Assembly (NCBI GenBank): GCA_046292385.1
Contig: JBKBRF010000004.1
Coordinates: 245,212-309,211, forward strand
Direction of reading: 5' to 3'
DNA: 64,000 bases
Source of the DNA: Armatimonadota bacterium
Lineage (GTDB): Bacteria; Armatimonadota; SYMT01
A program made the translations under genes and the position numbers. Within the stretch, counting starts at the first letter, position 1. Each line of letters begins with the position of its first letter. Below are positions 30,597 through 39,756 of this stretch, piece by piece. The notes under the pieces are model-generated. The model made no database searches. It saw only the letters and a list, made by a program, of their open reading frames with translations, and was not told the origin of the DNA.

Positions 30597-31541
30597 CTAT
30601 CGACGCCGGGTTCGTGCCGACGCCGCGAAGAGAGCGGGCCCCCGCGCCTCCGGATCCGCCGGAAGCGGGTGGAAGCGGAGCGCCTCGAAGCCGGACTGGG
30701 TGAGATACCGCGAGAGCTGCGGCTCCGAAAAGCCGAGCCACACGTGGCCCATCTGCTGCTGATACTCCTCACGCTCGTGCGGCAGCATGTCGACGATCAG
30801 CAGCCGGCCTCCCGGCACGAGCGCCCGTCCCGCCTCGGCCAGGACTCGCGCGGGATCCGGAACATAGTGCAATACCAGCATCAGCACGGCGGCATCCAGC
30901 GCGCCGGTCTCTACCGGCAGCGCCTCCAGCTCGCCCTGACGCAGCTCTACGTTCGGCATCCCCTGCAGGCGGCCGCGGGCGCTCTCCAGCATCTCGCGAG
31001 AGCCGTCCACCGCGATCATCCGCCCCACGAACGGCGCCAGGACCTGGGAGACCTGCCCGGTGCCGCAGCCGAGGTCGCCGACCGTCCACTCGCTATCCAG
31101 CAGGCCGAGCAAGGCCCGCAGGTGGAATACCGAGCCGAACAGCTCCCCGCGCAGGCGGTCCCACTGGTCCGCCGTCGACGAAAAGAACTCCCGCGACTTC
31201 AGTCTTCGCTCCGAGAGCACGCCTTCCAGCCGCTGGTCGTCCTGACGCGCCGCGGCGGTCTCCGCCACCTGCGCGTCGACCAGGCTCCACAGCTCCTGCG
31301 CCTCGCCGGAAAGCTCGCCGGCCGCCATGCTGTAGAAGCGGCTGGTGCCGTCCCGCCGGGAAGCGACCCAGCCGTCGTCCAGCAGGGTCTTCAGGTGACG
31401 GCTCACGGTCGATTGCGGAAGCTGCAGCACCGCGCAGAGCTCCGAAACGGTCAGCTCCTGCCCGGCTAGCAGACGCAGCATGCGGCAGCGGATCGGGTCC
31501 GCCACCGCGAGCATGTGTCTCAGTATCGCCGGCTGACTCAC
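30597..31541 (-). CDS. sahR: ArsR-HTH plus SAM-methyltransferase-like regulator (SahR type)
   Basis: ELTVSEL...[14 protein letters not shown] fused to DLGCGTG methyltransferase fold; directly upstream of ahcY. Confidence 0.8.
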   Translation of the reverse strand: MSQPAILRHMLAVADPIRCRMLRLLAGQELTVSELCAVLQLPQSTVSRHLKTLLDDGWVASRRDGTSRFYSMAAGELSGEAQELWSLVDAQVAETAAARQDDQRLEGVLSERRLKSREFFSSTADQWDRLRGELFGSVFHLRALLGLLDSEWTVGDLGCGTGQVSQVLAPFVGRMIAVDGSREMLESARGRLQGMPNVELRQGELEALPVETGALDAAVLMLVLHYVPDPARVLAEAGRALVPGGRLLIVDMLPHEREEYQQQMGHVWLGFSEPQLSRYLTQSGFEALRFHPLPADPEARGPALFAASARTRRR

Positions 31542-31550
31542 GCCATCTCC

Positions 31551-31597
31551 ATCCGTCTATCCGGATAGAGTGTTGCACAACTCCGTAGCGGTGTCAA
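31551..31597 (-). promoter_or_regulatory. Promoter and palindromic operator of sahR-ahcY
   Basis: TTGACA-N17-AACACT (31597-31569); overlapping palindromes TCTATCCGGATAGA (31556-31569) and ATCCG-N6-CGGAT (31551-31566). Confidence 0.6.
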
Positions 31598-31808
31598 CTA
31601 CCGGCCGCCCGGGCCTCGAGCGCCGTCGCCCAAGAGCCTTCCGTCCGCTCTCGCGGCCCGGAGCCCGACCATGCGTTGGACCAGATCGACGGGGAGCGGC
31701 TGGTACAGTGGGAATTGGAGGGAGCCCCTGACGCTTGCTACTTCGTCTCGTCGCCACCTTCGTGGGTCCCGAGGCCCTGGGTAAGAGCAGCGCCGGCCGC
31801 GATAGCTC

Positions 31809-31837
31809 TTGCAGTTTCCCTCGCCCCGTGGTAGTAT
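31809..31837 (+). promoter_or_regulatory. Sigma70-like promoter of the RRM gene
   Basis: TTGCAG-N17-TAGTAT about 210 nt upstream of the ATG. Confidence 0.5.
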
Positions 31838-31890
31838 CCGTATGTCAAGTTCAGATTGAGTTCGTAGCGCATTACCGTTCGGAGTTCCAG

Positions 31891-31933
31891 GTCCGTCCTA
31901 CTAGTGCTTTACCGCACCGGGACGGGCTTTTTT
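31891..31933 (+). terminator. Terminator-like hairpin within the RRM gene leader
   Basis: GTCCGTCC...GGACGGGC stem with inner GTGC/GCAC hairpin, followed by TTTTTTG. Confidence 0.5.
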
Positions 31934-32048
31934 GTTGCTTCTGTGACTAGGCTGCCGACGACCGCCTTCTGTTTGGGACCCCTTGTGGCTCGGGACGAGC
32001 CGCCTTTCTGCCGCGATCTCGAAACCTTCGAGACCGGAAGGATACACC

Positions 32049-32357
32049 ATGAGCAAGCGATTATTCGTCGGCAACCTCTCGTTCAACACCTCCGAAGCAC
32101 AGCTTCAGACGACGTTCGCGCCGTATGGCTGCACCAGCGCCACGATCCCTACCGACTACGACGGGCGCGGCAAGGGCTTCGGCTTCGTGGACGTGAACGA
32201 TGACCAGATGGACGCGGCCATCTCGGCCGTCAACGGCCGCGACGTGGACGGGCGCACGCTGAATGTGAATGAGGCTCGCCCGCGCCCCGAGCGCAGCGGT
32301 GGTGGCAGCCGTGGCGGCGATCGCCAGGGTGGATACGGCGGCGGCAACCGCTGGTAA
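32049..32357 (+). CDS. RNA recognition motif (RRM) protein with Gly/Arg tail
   Basis: RNP2 LFVGNL, RNP1 KGFGFV, VNEARPR, GGGSRGGDRQGGYGG tail. Confidence 0.95.
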   Translation: MSKRLFVGNLSFNTSEAQLQTTFAPYGCTSATIPTDYDGRGKGFGFVDVNDDQMDAAISAVNGRDVDGRTLNVNEARPRPERSGGGSRGGDRQGGYGGGNRW

Positions 32358-32373
32358 GCCGTCCGTAGAACTT

Positions 32374-32416
32374 CAGAGAAGGCACACGCGCTCGTCAGGC
32401 GCGTGTGCCTTCTCTG
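32374..32416 (+). terminator. Terminator hairpin after the RRM gene
   Basis: Perfect 18-bp stem CAGAGAAGGCACACGCGC / GCGCGTGTGCCTTCTCTG. Confidence 0.75.
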
Positions 32417-32460
32417 CGTTTCTGGTCTCGCAGGGTACTCAAGACGTAAGGAGAGGAACG

Positions 32461-32856
32461 ATGTGGACTTACAATCGAGATGGGGAGCTCATCAACCTGG
32501 CGCAAGCGCTCAAGGTGGAGACCATGCACGACGACGCCCAGGTGGGCGGGGTCGATGGCAACTACGGCCTCTTCGCGCTGTTCCCGGTGGTCGAAGAGCA
32601 GGAGCTGGACCTGGAGCTAACGTCGGAGGACGCAGCGGCGGAGGGCTCTGCGCCGGGTCCCCGCTGGCGCGGCCGTGCGCTCGGCCAGAGTGCCTTCTAC
32701 GTCGACATTCTCTGGGGTACCTACTCGACCTGGGAAGCGGTGGTAGCCGCGCAGCAAAGTCTTGGACAGAGACTGGGTGTCCTTGACATGGCGGAGCTGG
32801 GCGCGGAGCCGGTTCCGGTCGCTGGGCCCGGTTCGGACGCCGTGCCCGAAGCCTGA
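32461..32856 (+). CDS. Hypothetical protein
   Basis: ATG preceded by AGGAGAGG; acidic globular-looking ORF starting MWTYNRDGELINL. Confidence 0.6.
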   Translation: MWTYNRDGELINLAQALKVETMHDDAQVGGVDGNYGLFALFPVVEEQELDLELTSEDAAAEGSAPGPRWRGRALGQSAFYVDILWGTYSTWEAVVAAQQSLGQRLGVLDMAELGAEPVPVAGPGSDAVPEA

Positions 32857-33142
32857 GCGGGTCTCGGCATCCGTTGAGAAGTCCTGACCGTGCATTCCGC
32901 GCGAGTTTTCGCGCGGAATGCGCACCCGTGGTCGGGTGCCGCCGAGAAGCATCGCCACTGCCGACCCATCCGAAAGCAGCGACACGAGCTTCCGGATGAT
33001 TTTCGGCGGCCACGCACCCGGTGGTTGCCGTGCCCCGCACGCTTCTGTGTGAGAGCGTCACCGGGCGGCCTCGCGAGCGCGCCGCTCCGTCACAACGCAT
33101 GCTCCCGACGCGTATTGTCCGCAGAAAGGAGCGATAGCCACG

Positions 33143-35566
33143 ATGCGTCCCACCGGAGCCCGGACCCTATGGATCGCGACCCTCGCCCTCCTCCTCGCCT
33201 ACGGCGCCCCCGGCCGCGCCCAGGACAGTGCTGCCGGCGCCTGCCGGGAGCGGCTGGCGGCGATTGGAAAGGCGGTGACCGCGTATGAGCGGGAGCACGG
33301 CAGCATCCCGGAGAGCTTCACGCGGCTCTTCCCGAAGCACCTCACTGACAGGAGCCTGCTGATCTGCCCGTCGGACGAGCAGCCGCGCGCGTTGCGCGAC
33401 GGGGACCTGCCCGCGAGCTACCACTCGTGGTGGAACGACAACCCGGACGGAAGCGGCATGCGGCTCTCGCCGCCGCGCGCCGGCGCGACCCAGCGGGAGG
33501 TGCTGACAGCGCAGCGCCAGAACTTTGGCGACCACGTGCCGGTCACCGCGTGCTGGCGTCACCGCCTGCTGCTGGCGGTGAGCGGCGAAGTACGGCCGAC
33601 CGGGCGCTTCTGGCAGCAGGACCTGGTGGTGTTCCCGACCGTGGTCGCCTCGCTGCACCGGGACGCGCTGGGGGAGAAGGCGGCCTTCGATCGCCGTTGG
33701 GATCTCGCGGCGCTCGGAAAGTACTTGAAGTGGGCACTGGAGGCCGAGGTCCGGCTGGACGGGGAGGGCCGAACCCGACTGCGGGAAGCGGCCGCCGCGA
33801 TCCGCGACCGCGCCGGCGCTCCGGAAGGCGTGCGGAGCTTCACCGCCGGGATGGCGTTCGCGGTAGCAGGCGAGACCGACCCCGCCTTCGACGCCCTGGA
33901 ACGGTCGGTCCTCGCGAGCGACAGCCAGCACGAGCGGGCCCTGGAGCCGCTCGACGCGCTCTACCGGTCGGCGGCCCAGCCGGAGCGCGCGATCCGCTTC
34001 TACCGCAGGCTGCTCGACCGCTATCCCGGCGGCACCGGCTACGCCGCGAAGCTGGCCGACGCGTACCAGGCGGCCGGCCGGCGGGAAGAGGCGAGGGAGT
34101 GGTCCGCCAGGGCAGCGGCCGCGGCGGAAGCCGTCACCCGGCCGGCCTCCGTGGAGGCCTGCCGGCTCCGTCTCCAGGCGGTCCACCGGGCGCTGACTGC
34201 CTATCGCACCGATCGCGGAGAGCTGCCGGCGAACCTGTCCGACCTCGCTGCGGACCACCTGAAGCCGGAGCTGCTCCACTGCCCAAGCGACCATTCTCCC
34301 GGCAGCCTCGGCACGCCGTTCGCCTACCGCGACCCGGCGGGCTACGTCAGCTACGCGTATGAGATGAGCCTGGCACCTTCCGGTGGGATGCCGCACCCGC
34401 TCGGCCCCTTCCCCAGACGTCCGGACGGCTGGGGCAGCAGACGCGACGTGGCGACCCACCAGGGGACCTTCTACGGCCCGCAGGTTCCGGTCGTCCGCTG
34501 CTTCCATCACCGTCCCGCGGCGCGAGAGTCGAACGCCGACGACCAGGTGCTGAACCTGCGCGCGGATGGCTCGGTATACCGGAGTGGCTTCCGCTGGGAG
34601 AGTCACCCGGAGAGCGTGCGGATCGCGATGGAGGGAGCCGCGCGGGATCTGGATGCGGGCCCGGAAGTCTTCTCCCGGCGCTGGTATCTCGGACAGATCG
34701 ATCAGGACGCCTCCGACTGGATCGAGGAGCCGCAGCCGCCGGAGACCCGCGCCGCGCTGGTCCGGCTGGCGAAGGCGCTGGAAACGCGGGCGAAGCAGCT
34801 CAAGCCGCTCTCCAAAGCGTTCGCCCTGCGCGTGGCGGGACGGCTCTACCGTGCCGGAGGGGAGCACGCAGCAGCGATCTGTGCGGGCAAGCAGGCGCTC
34901 GGCCTGCTGCCCGAGAGCGACCCCGGCGGCCGGAGCGCGGCGAAGGAGCTGCTCGCCGCGGCCTATCGGAGTGCGGAGCAGTACGACCCCGCGATCGTCC
35001 TCTACCGCGAGCTTCACGAGGCGAGCCCCAGGATCGGCTACTACATGGTCCAGCTTGCCGAGCTGCACGAGCTGGCGGGGCGCCCGGAAGACGCGCGTGC
35101 CTGGCGCCAGAAGGCCGACCCCGGCCAGCGACTGGTGGGGCAGCCGGCGCCGGACTTCACCGTAGCGACGCCGGGCGGAGAACAGCTCGCGTTGAGCCAT
35201 GTCCGGCGCGGGGGGAAGGCGACGTTGATCAACTTCTGGTTCTATGGGTGAGGCGCCTGTCGTGAGGAGTTGCCTCACCTCCAGAAGCTGTATGCCGAGC
35301 TAAAAGGAAAGGGCCTGGAGATCATCGCCGTCAACCACGCCGACTCCAGGGAGACGGTGGAACGCTACTTCCGCACCAGCGGCTTCACCTTCCCGGTGGG
35401 GCTGGGGGACCGGGGGGCGGACGTCTTCTCCCGCTACGCGGTGGAAAGCTATCCCGCGAGCTACCTGCTGGATACTGACGGAAAGATCGTGTGGCGCGCG
35501 GTCGGCTACGGGCCCTCGACGCTGCAGGAGCTCAAGAAGGCGCTCGCCGGTCTCGGCGTGAAGTAG
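33143..35566 (+). CDS. Putative selenoprotein: secreted TPR protein with C-terminal TlpA/Redoxin domain (UxxC, Sec703)
   Basis: ORFs 33143-35251 and 35270-35566 are in the same frame, separated only by TGA 35249-35251. Readthrough gives APDFTV...LINFWFYG-U-GAC-REELPHLQKLY...YPASYLLDTDGKIVW, an intact thioredoxin fold. Confidence 0.85.
35262..35278 (+). promoter_or_regulatory. Candidate bacterial SECIS element
   Basis: GTGAGG-AGTTG-CCTCAC stem-loop starting at the 11th nt after the in-frame UGA, with G in the apical loop. Confidence 0.65.
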
Positions 35567-35697
35567 CAGCGCCACGAGCTACCGACGATGAAGGCGCCGG
35601 AGTCCGGAGCGGACCCCGGCGCCACCGCTGCCTTGGCTCGCATAAGCTCTCCCGGGAGTGGAGCGGTGGGAGTATCGGGCCCCCGGTTCGGCACTCA

Positions 35698-36162
35698 TCA
35701 GGCATCCGGGCGGATGTCGCTCCAGAGCTCCGCTCGAACGAACTGCGAGAGGTGGCCGATGTTAGAGGTGGCGATCACGAGCTCCTCTGGCCGCAGCCCG
35801 AGGTCGAGCGCTTGCGCCGCGAGAAGAACGTCGCAGTCAAGCTCTTTCGGGTCTGCAGTCGGTCGGCCGGAATTCCGGGCCGACGCCCAGAGACTCGCCG
35901 CCAGACGCAGAGCGGTATCGGTGAGCGGGAGGTAGCAGCCCGGCAATGCGCAGAAGGCTTCGAGGCGAGCCAGGCCGGTATCTCGCCCTGACCGGCGGAG
36001 CTCACGGGCAACCTCATAGTAGGCGATGGCGGGCGCCAGGATGCGACAATTGGCGCGGCGACACTCTGCCAACCATCGGCGACATGCTTCCGCCTCGGCA
36101 ACACCCGCTCGCTGGGTGACGATGCTTAGCGGAGAGGTGTCGAGCACGATCGTGAGCGGCAT
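35698..36162 (-). CDS. PIN-domain (VapC-like) toxin
   Basis: IVLDTS, YEVAREL, DCDVLLAAQA and IATSN PIN motifs; TGATG coupling to the upstream gene. Confidence 0.85.
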   Translation of the reverse strand: MPLTIVLDTSPLSIVTQRAGVAEAEACRRWLAECRRANCRILAPAIAYYEVARELRRSGRDTGLARLEAFCALPGCYLPLTDTALRLAASLWASARNSGRPTADPKELDCDVLLAAQALDLGLRPEELVIATSNIGHLSQFVRAELWSDIRPDA

Positions 36163-36455
36163 CAGAACAGACGTCGAGAGCCGGCGCGCTCACGCTCGGC
36201 GTTTACGTTGCGCTTGAAGTCGTTCCAGAGGCGGCGCTCCTCCGCCACCTCATCCGGAGTCAGGTGCGCATCCTCTCGATCCCACTGCGCGAGGAGCGCC
36301 AGAGTGGGATCGGAGTCCTCGTTTAACTGCTCCAACGGTGGCAGGTGCTCGGCGAGAAGCCTTCGCGCTACCTCTTCAACCGACAGGCCCTGATCCCGGG
36401 CCGCGCGTGCGAGCCGCGCCTCGTCGTCCGGGGTGAGCTCGAGCTTGAGAGTCAT
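36162..36455 (-). CDS. Putative antitoxin (RHH-like N-terminus)
   Basis: MTLKLELTPDDEARL...GLSVEEVARRLL, acidic C-terminus; immediately upstream of the PIN gene. Confidence 0.75.
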   Translation of the reverse strand: MTLKLELTPDDEARLARAARDQGLSVEEVARRLLAEHLPPLEQLNEDSDPTLALLAQWDREDAHLTPDEVAEERRLWNDFKRNVNAERERAGSRRLF

Positions 36456-36476
36456 CGTGCGCCTCCGTGCGAGGGA

Positions 36477-38291
36477 TCAGTCGTTGACGCGGAGCACCGA
36501 CAGGAACGCTTCCTGCGGGATCTCCACGCGGCCGACCGACTTCATCCGCTTCTTCCCTTCCTTCTGCTTCTCCAGCAGCTTGCGCTTCCGGCTGATGTCA
36601 CCGCCGTAGCACTTCGCCAGCACGTCCTTGCGGAGCGGGCGGACGCTTTCGGAGGCGATCACCTTGCTGCCGAGCGCGGCCTGGATGCGGATCTCGAACA
36701 TCTGCCGGGGCAGGATCTCCTTCAGACGCTCCGCGAGCTGCTTGCCGCGGGCGTAGGCGCGCTCCCGGTGCGTGATGAAGGAGAGGGCGTCGACCACGTC
36801 GCCGTTGATGAGGATGTCCATCTTCACCAGCGGGCTCTCCTTGTAGCCGCACAGCTCGTAGTCGAACGAGGCGTAGCCCTTCGTGCGGCTCTTCAGGTGG
36901 TCGAAGAAGTCCATCAGGATCTCCGCCAGCGGCAGCTCGTAGGAGAGGACGACACGCTCCGTCCCGGAGTACTCCATGTGCTTGAAGATGCCGCGCCGGT
37001 CGTTGCACAGCTCCATGCAGGCGCCGACGTAGTCTTTCGGCGTGATGACGGTGGCGGCGACGTACGGCTCTTCCACTTTCTCGATCTTCGGGGTGGGGAG
37101 CCAGTGCGCCGGGTTGTCGATCTCGTGGACCGTCCCCGCGCTGTCGGTGACCCGGTAGATCACGGAGGGGGAGGTGGCGATCAGGTCGAGATCGAACTCG
37201 CGCTCCAGCCGCTCCTGGACGATCTCAGAGTGGAGCAGGCCGAGGAAGCCGCAGCGGAAGCCGAAGCCGAGCGCCGCGGAGGTCTCCGGCTCGAAGACGA
37301 GCGCGGAGTCGTTGAGCTGCAGCTTTTGGAGCGCCTCACGCAGGTCCGGGTAGTCCTCGCCGACGACCGGATAGAGGCCGCAGTAGACCATCGGCTTTAC
37401 GGTCTTGTAGCCGGGAAGCGGCTCGGTCGCCCCTCCCGGTCCTGCCACGGTGATCGTGTCGCCGACGCGGCACTCCCCGATCGACTTGATCCCCGCGTGG
37501 ATGTAGCCGGTCTGTCCGGTGGTGAGCCCCTCGGTGGCGCGCATCTCCGGGGCGAAGACGCCGACGCCGAGCACCTCGAACTGGCGTCCGGTGGCGAGCA
37601 TCTTGATCTTCTGCCCTGCCTTGATCTCGCCATCGACGACACGGACGTAGGCGACGATCCCCACGTACGGGTCGAAATGGCTGTCGAAGATCAGCGCTCG
37701 CAGCGGCGCGTCCGGGTCGCCGCTCGGGGGCGGAACTCGCTCGACGACCGCCTCCAGCAGCTCATCGATGCCGATCCCTTCCTTGGCGCTGACGAGGATG
37801 CACTCCTCGCCCGGGATCGCCAGCGACTCCTCGACTTCGTGGACCACGCGCTCCGGGTCGGCGGCGGGGAGGTCGATCTTGTTCAGCGTGGGGATCAGCG
37901 TGAGATTGCTGTTGAGCGCCAGGTTGACGTTGGCGAGGGTCTGCGCCTCTACGCCCTGGGCGGCGTCGACCACCAGGATCGCGCCCTCGCAGGCGGCGAG
38001 CGAGCGGGAGACTTCGTAGGTGAAGTCGACGTGGCCCGGCGTGTCGATCAGGTTCAGCTCGTAAAGCTGACCATCGTTCGCCCGGTAGTTCATCCGCACC
38101 GCGGCCATCTTGATGGTGATGCCGCGCTCCCGCTCCAGGTCCAGCTTGTCGAGCATCTGGTCCTGGTGCGCCTCGCGGCTTACCGTGCCGGTCACTTCCA
38201 GCAGGCGATCGGCCAGGGTCGACTTTCCGTGGTCGATGTGCGCGATGATGCAGAAGTTTCGGATATGCGCTTGTCGATCGCCCTTCGCCAT
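36477..38291 (-). CDS. lepA: Elongation factor 4 (LepA)
   Basis: [64 protein letters not shown]. Confidence 0.99.
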   Translation of the reverse strand: MAKGDRQAHIRNFCIIAHIDHGKSTLADRLLEVTGTVSREAHQDQMLDKLDLERERGITIKMAAVRMNYRANDGQLYELNLIDTPGHVDFTYEVSRSLAACEGAILVVDAAQGVEAQTLANVNLALNSNLTLIPTLNKIDLPAADPERVVHEVEESLAIPGEECILVSAKEGIGIDELLEAVVERVPPPSGDPDAPLRALIFDSHFDPYVGIVAYVRVVDGEIKAGQKIKMLATGRQFEVLGVGVFAPEMRATEGLTTGQTGYIHAGIKSIGECRVGDTITVAGPGGATEPLPGYKTVKPMVYCGLYPVVGEDYPDLREALQKLQLNDSALVFEPETSAALGFGFRCGFLGLLHSEIVQERLEREFDLDLIATSPSVIYRVTDSAGTVHEIDNPAHWLPTPKIEKVEEPYVAATVITPKDYVGACMELCNDRRGIFKHMEYSGTERVVLSYELPLAEILMDFFDHLKSRTKGYASFDYELCGYKESPLVKMDILINGDVVDALSFITHRERAYARGKQLAERLKEILPRQMFEIRIQAALGSKVIASESVRPLRKDVLAKCYGGDISRKRKLLEKQKEGKKRMKSVGRVEIPQEAFLSVLRVND

Positions 38292-38441
38292 GCTCTACTC
38301 CGCCGGGCCCGGGTCCCGTCATGAAAAAAGGGTCGCCGCAGCGACCCTCGGTCTATCCGGTGCCGTGGTCCGGCCCAGCCCCCGCGCAGGGGGAAAGATT
38401 TTGGTCCGGGGGCGCGCGGCCGCGCCGGCTCCGGCGGGCGT

Positions 38442-38470
38442 ATTCTAACAGAGCGGGGTAGGGGCGTCAA
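38442..38470 (-). promoter_or_regulatory. Sigma70 promoter of lepA
   Basis: TTGACG-N17-TAGAAT on the minus strand. Confidence 0.7.
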
Positions 38471-38581
38471 TTGTGACGCGGAGCAAGATGGAGCCTGCCG
38501 CGGACGCCTCATCGCGCCCTTGGGCTACCGCCAGCGGCAGCGATCAGGCAGCCGTTCTCCGCACAGGCACCACGAGGAGTA

Positions 38582-38610
38582 TTGACACCTCCCGGAGCGC
38601 GTGACATAAT
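38582..38610 (+). promoter_or_regulatory. Sigma70 promoter of tRNA-His
   Basis: TTGACA-N17-CATAAT. Confidence 0.75.
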
Positions 38611-38647
38611 GCGCTGGCTCGCGGGCGGGACGGTCCGCAAGCTCCAC

Positions 38648-38720
38648 GGCGGGTGTAGCTCAGTGGTAGAGCGCCAGGTTGTGGCCCTGGAGGCCGGGGG
38701 TTCAATTCCCCTCATTCGCC
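38648..38720 (+). tRNA. tRNA-His (GUG), with G-1 and C73; CCA not encoded
   Basis: Acceptor GCGGGTG/CATTCGC, D-arm GCTCAGTGGTAGAGC, anticodon arm CCAGG-TTGTGGC-CCTGG, T-arm GGGGG-TTCAATT-CCCCT. Confidence 0.95.
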
Positions 38721-38743
38721 CTCAAAACGCCAGTTGCTGATCA

Positions 38744-38786
38744 GCGGCAGAAGCCCCTTCAAACGTGAGGGGCTTCTGCTGTTTTC
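38744..38786. terminator. Terminator between tRNA-His and the chorismate mutase gene
   Basis: GCAGAAGCCCCT...AGGGGCTTCTGC stem followed by TGTTTT. Confidence 0.7.
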
Positions 38787-38792
38787 TGAAGC

Positions 38793-39560
38793 TCAGCGCG
38801 AGGCCGGCCCCTTATCCCGAGACTGCTCCTGCAGGCGCTGGTGGTTGGCGACCACCGCGTCGAAGATGAGCCGGAAGACTCGCTGGGCGACTTCGGGGTC
38901 GAGGCCCACGGAGTTTGCCAGGAGGCGGGCGCGCTGGAGCTGGGCGCCCTCCCGGACCTCATCGCGGGCCGGCAAGCCCTGGCGGCTCTTGAAGACTCCG
39001 ACCTTCTCCGTGGTGCGGAACCGCTCCGCCAGCAGCCGAACCAGCGCGCCGTCCAGGTTTTCGAGCGATGCCTGGAGGTCGGACAGCTCGGAGGGGGCTG
39101 GTTTCGGGGCGCTCTCGCGATCCGTCCCGGGTGCCCGGTCTCCCGGCCGGAGCAACGCTCCCTCGAGCGCGGTGCGGAAGATGTTGTCTACCACCTCCGG
39201 ATCCAGTCCCACCGGCTTCGCCTGGTCTCTCGCCTTCCGCAGCCGGAGCTTCTCGCCTGCCTCGTCGCGGGCCGGCAGGCCGTGACGGTGCCGGTACTCG
39301 CCGAGCCGCTTCGCCGCGCGGGACTGCTCCGCCAGCAGCCGCAGGAGGACGGCGTCGAGGTTGTCCAATGTGGCCCGGAAGTCGGCCAGCGAGGGCTGTC
39401 CGTCGCTCGCTGCCGGGCTCGGAGGGGCAGCGACGCTGCGGTCCCCATCGGATGCGGGAGAGACACTGATCTGGCCCTGGGCGATGCCGCCCGGCAGGGT
39501 GACGGCCGAGAGCGCGATGACCAGCCAGGAAGCGCGGACGGTGGGGCTAAGACAGTTCAC
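38793..39560 (-). CDS. Secreted chorismate mutase with two tandem AroQ domains
   Basis: Signal peptide plus two copies of L..L..LD..L.RLLAE...G......GLPARDE..E......A...VGLDPEV...F; GAGGAG upstream of GTG. Confidence 0.82.
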   Translation of the reverse strand: MNCLSPTVRASWLVIALSAVTLPGGIAQGQISVSPASDGDRSVAAPPSPAASDGQPSLADFRATLDNLDAVLLRLLAEQSRAAKRLGEYRHRHGLPARDEAGEKLRLRKARDQAKPVGLDPEVVDNIFRTALEGALLRPGDRAPGTDRESAPKPAPSELSDLQASLENLDGALVRLLAERFRTTEKVGVFKSRQGLPARDEVREGAQLQRARLLANSVGLDPEVAQRVFRLIFDAVVANHQRLQEQSRDKGPASR

Positions 39561-39756
39561 AACTCCTCCTCGGGAAACGGCAGCGGGTCACCGCAGTTAA
39601 TCATCACCGCGGCGCTCGACGGTAGTTCCGGCTGGCCGCTCATCGAGCAGTGACGGGCGCGGCAGGAGTTCCGGGGAAGCGGTGCGAACGCACCCAGCGA
39701 AGCTCCCGCTGCCGCTCACCCCGTGCCCCGGCGCGGGCTCCTACCTTCCACTCCGC

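Noticed and set aside
35270..35566. Separate 98-aa thioredoxin-like ORF starting at TTG
   Set aside because: It lacks the active-site motif and is the in-frame continuation of 33143-35251 across the UGA.
38648..38720. tRNA-Sec supporting the selenoprotein
   Set aside because: The anticodon is GTG with a short variable loop (His); no sel genes occur in this window.
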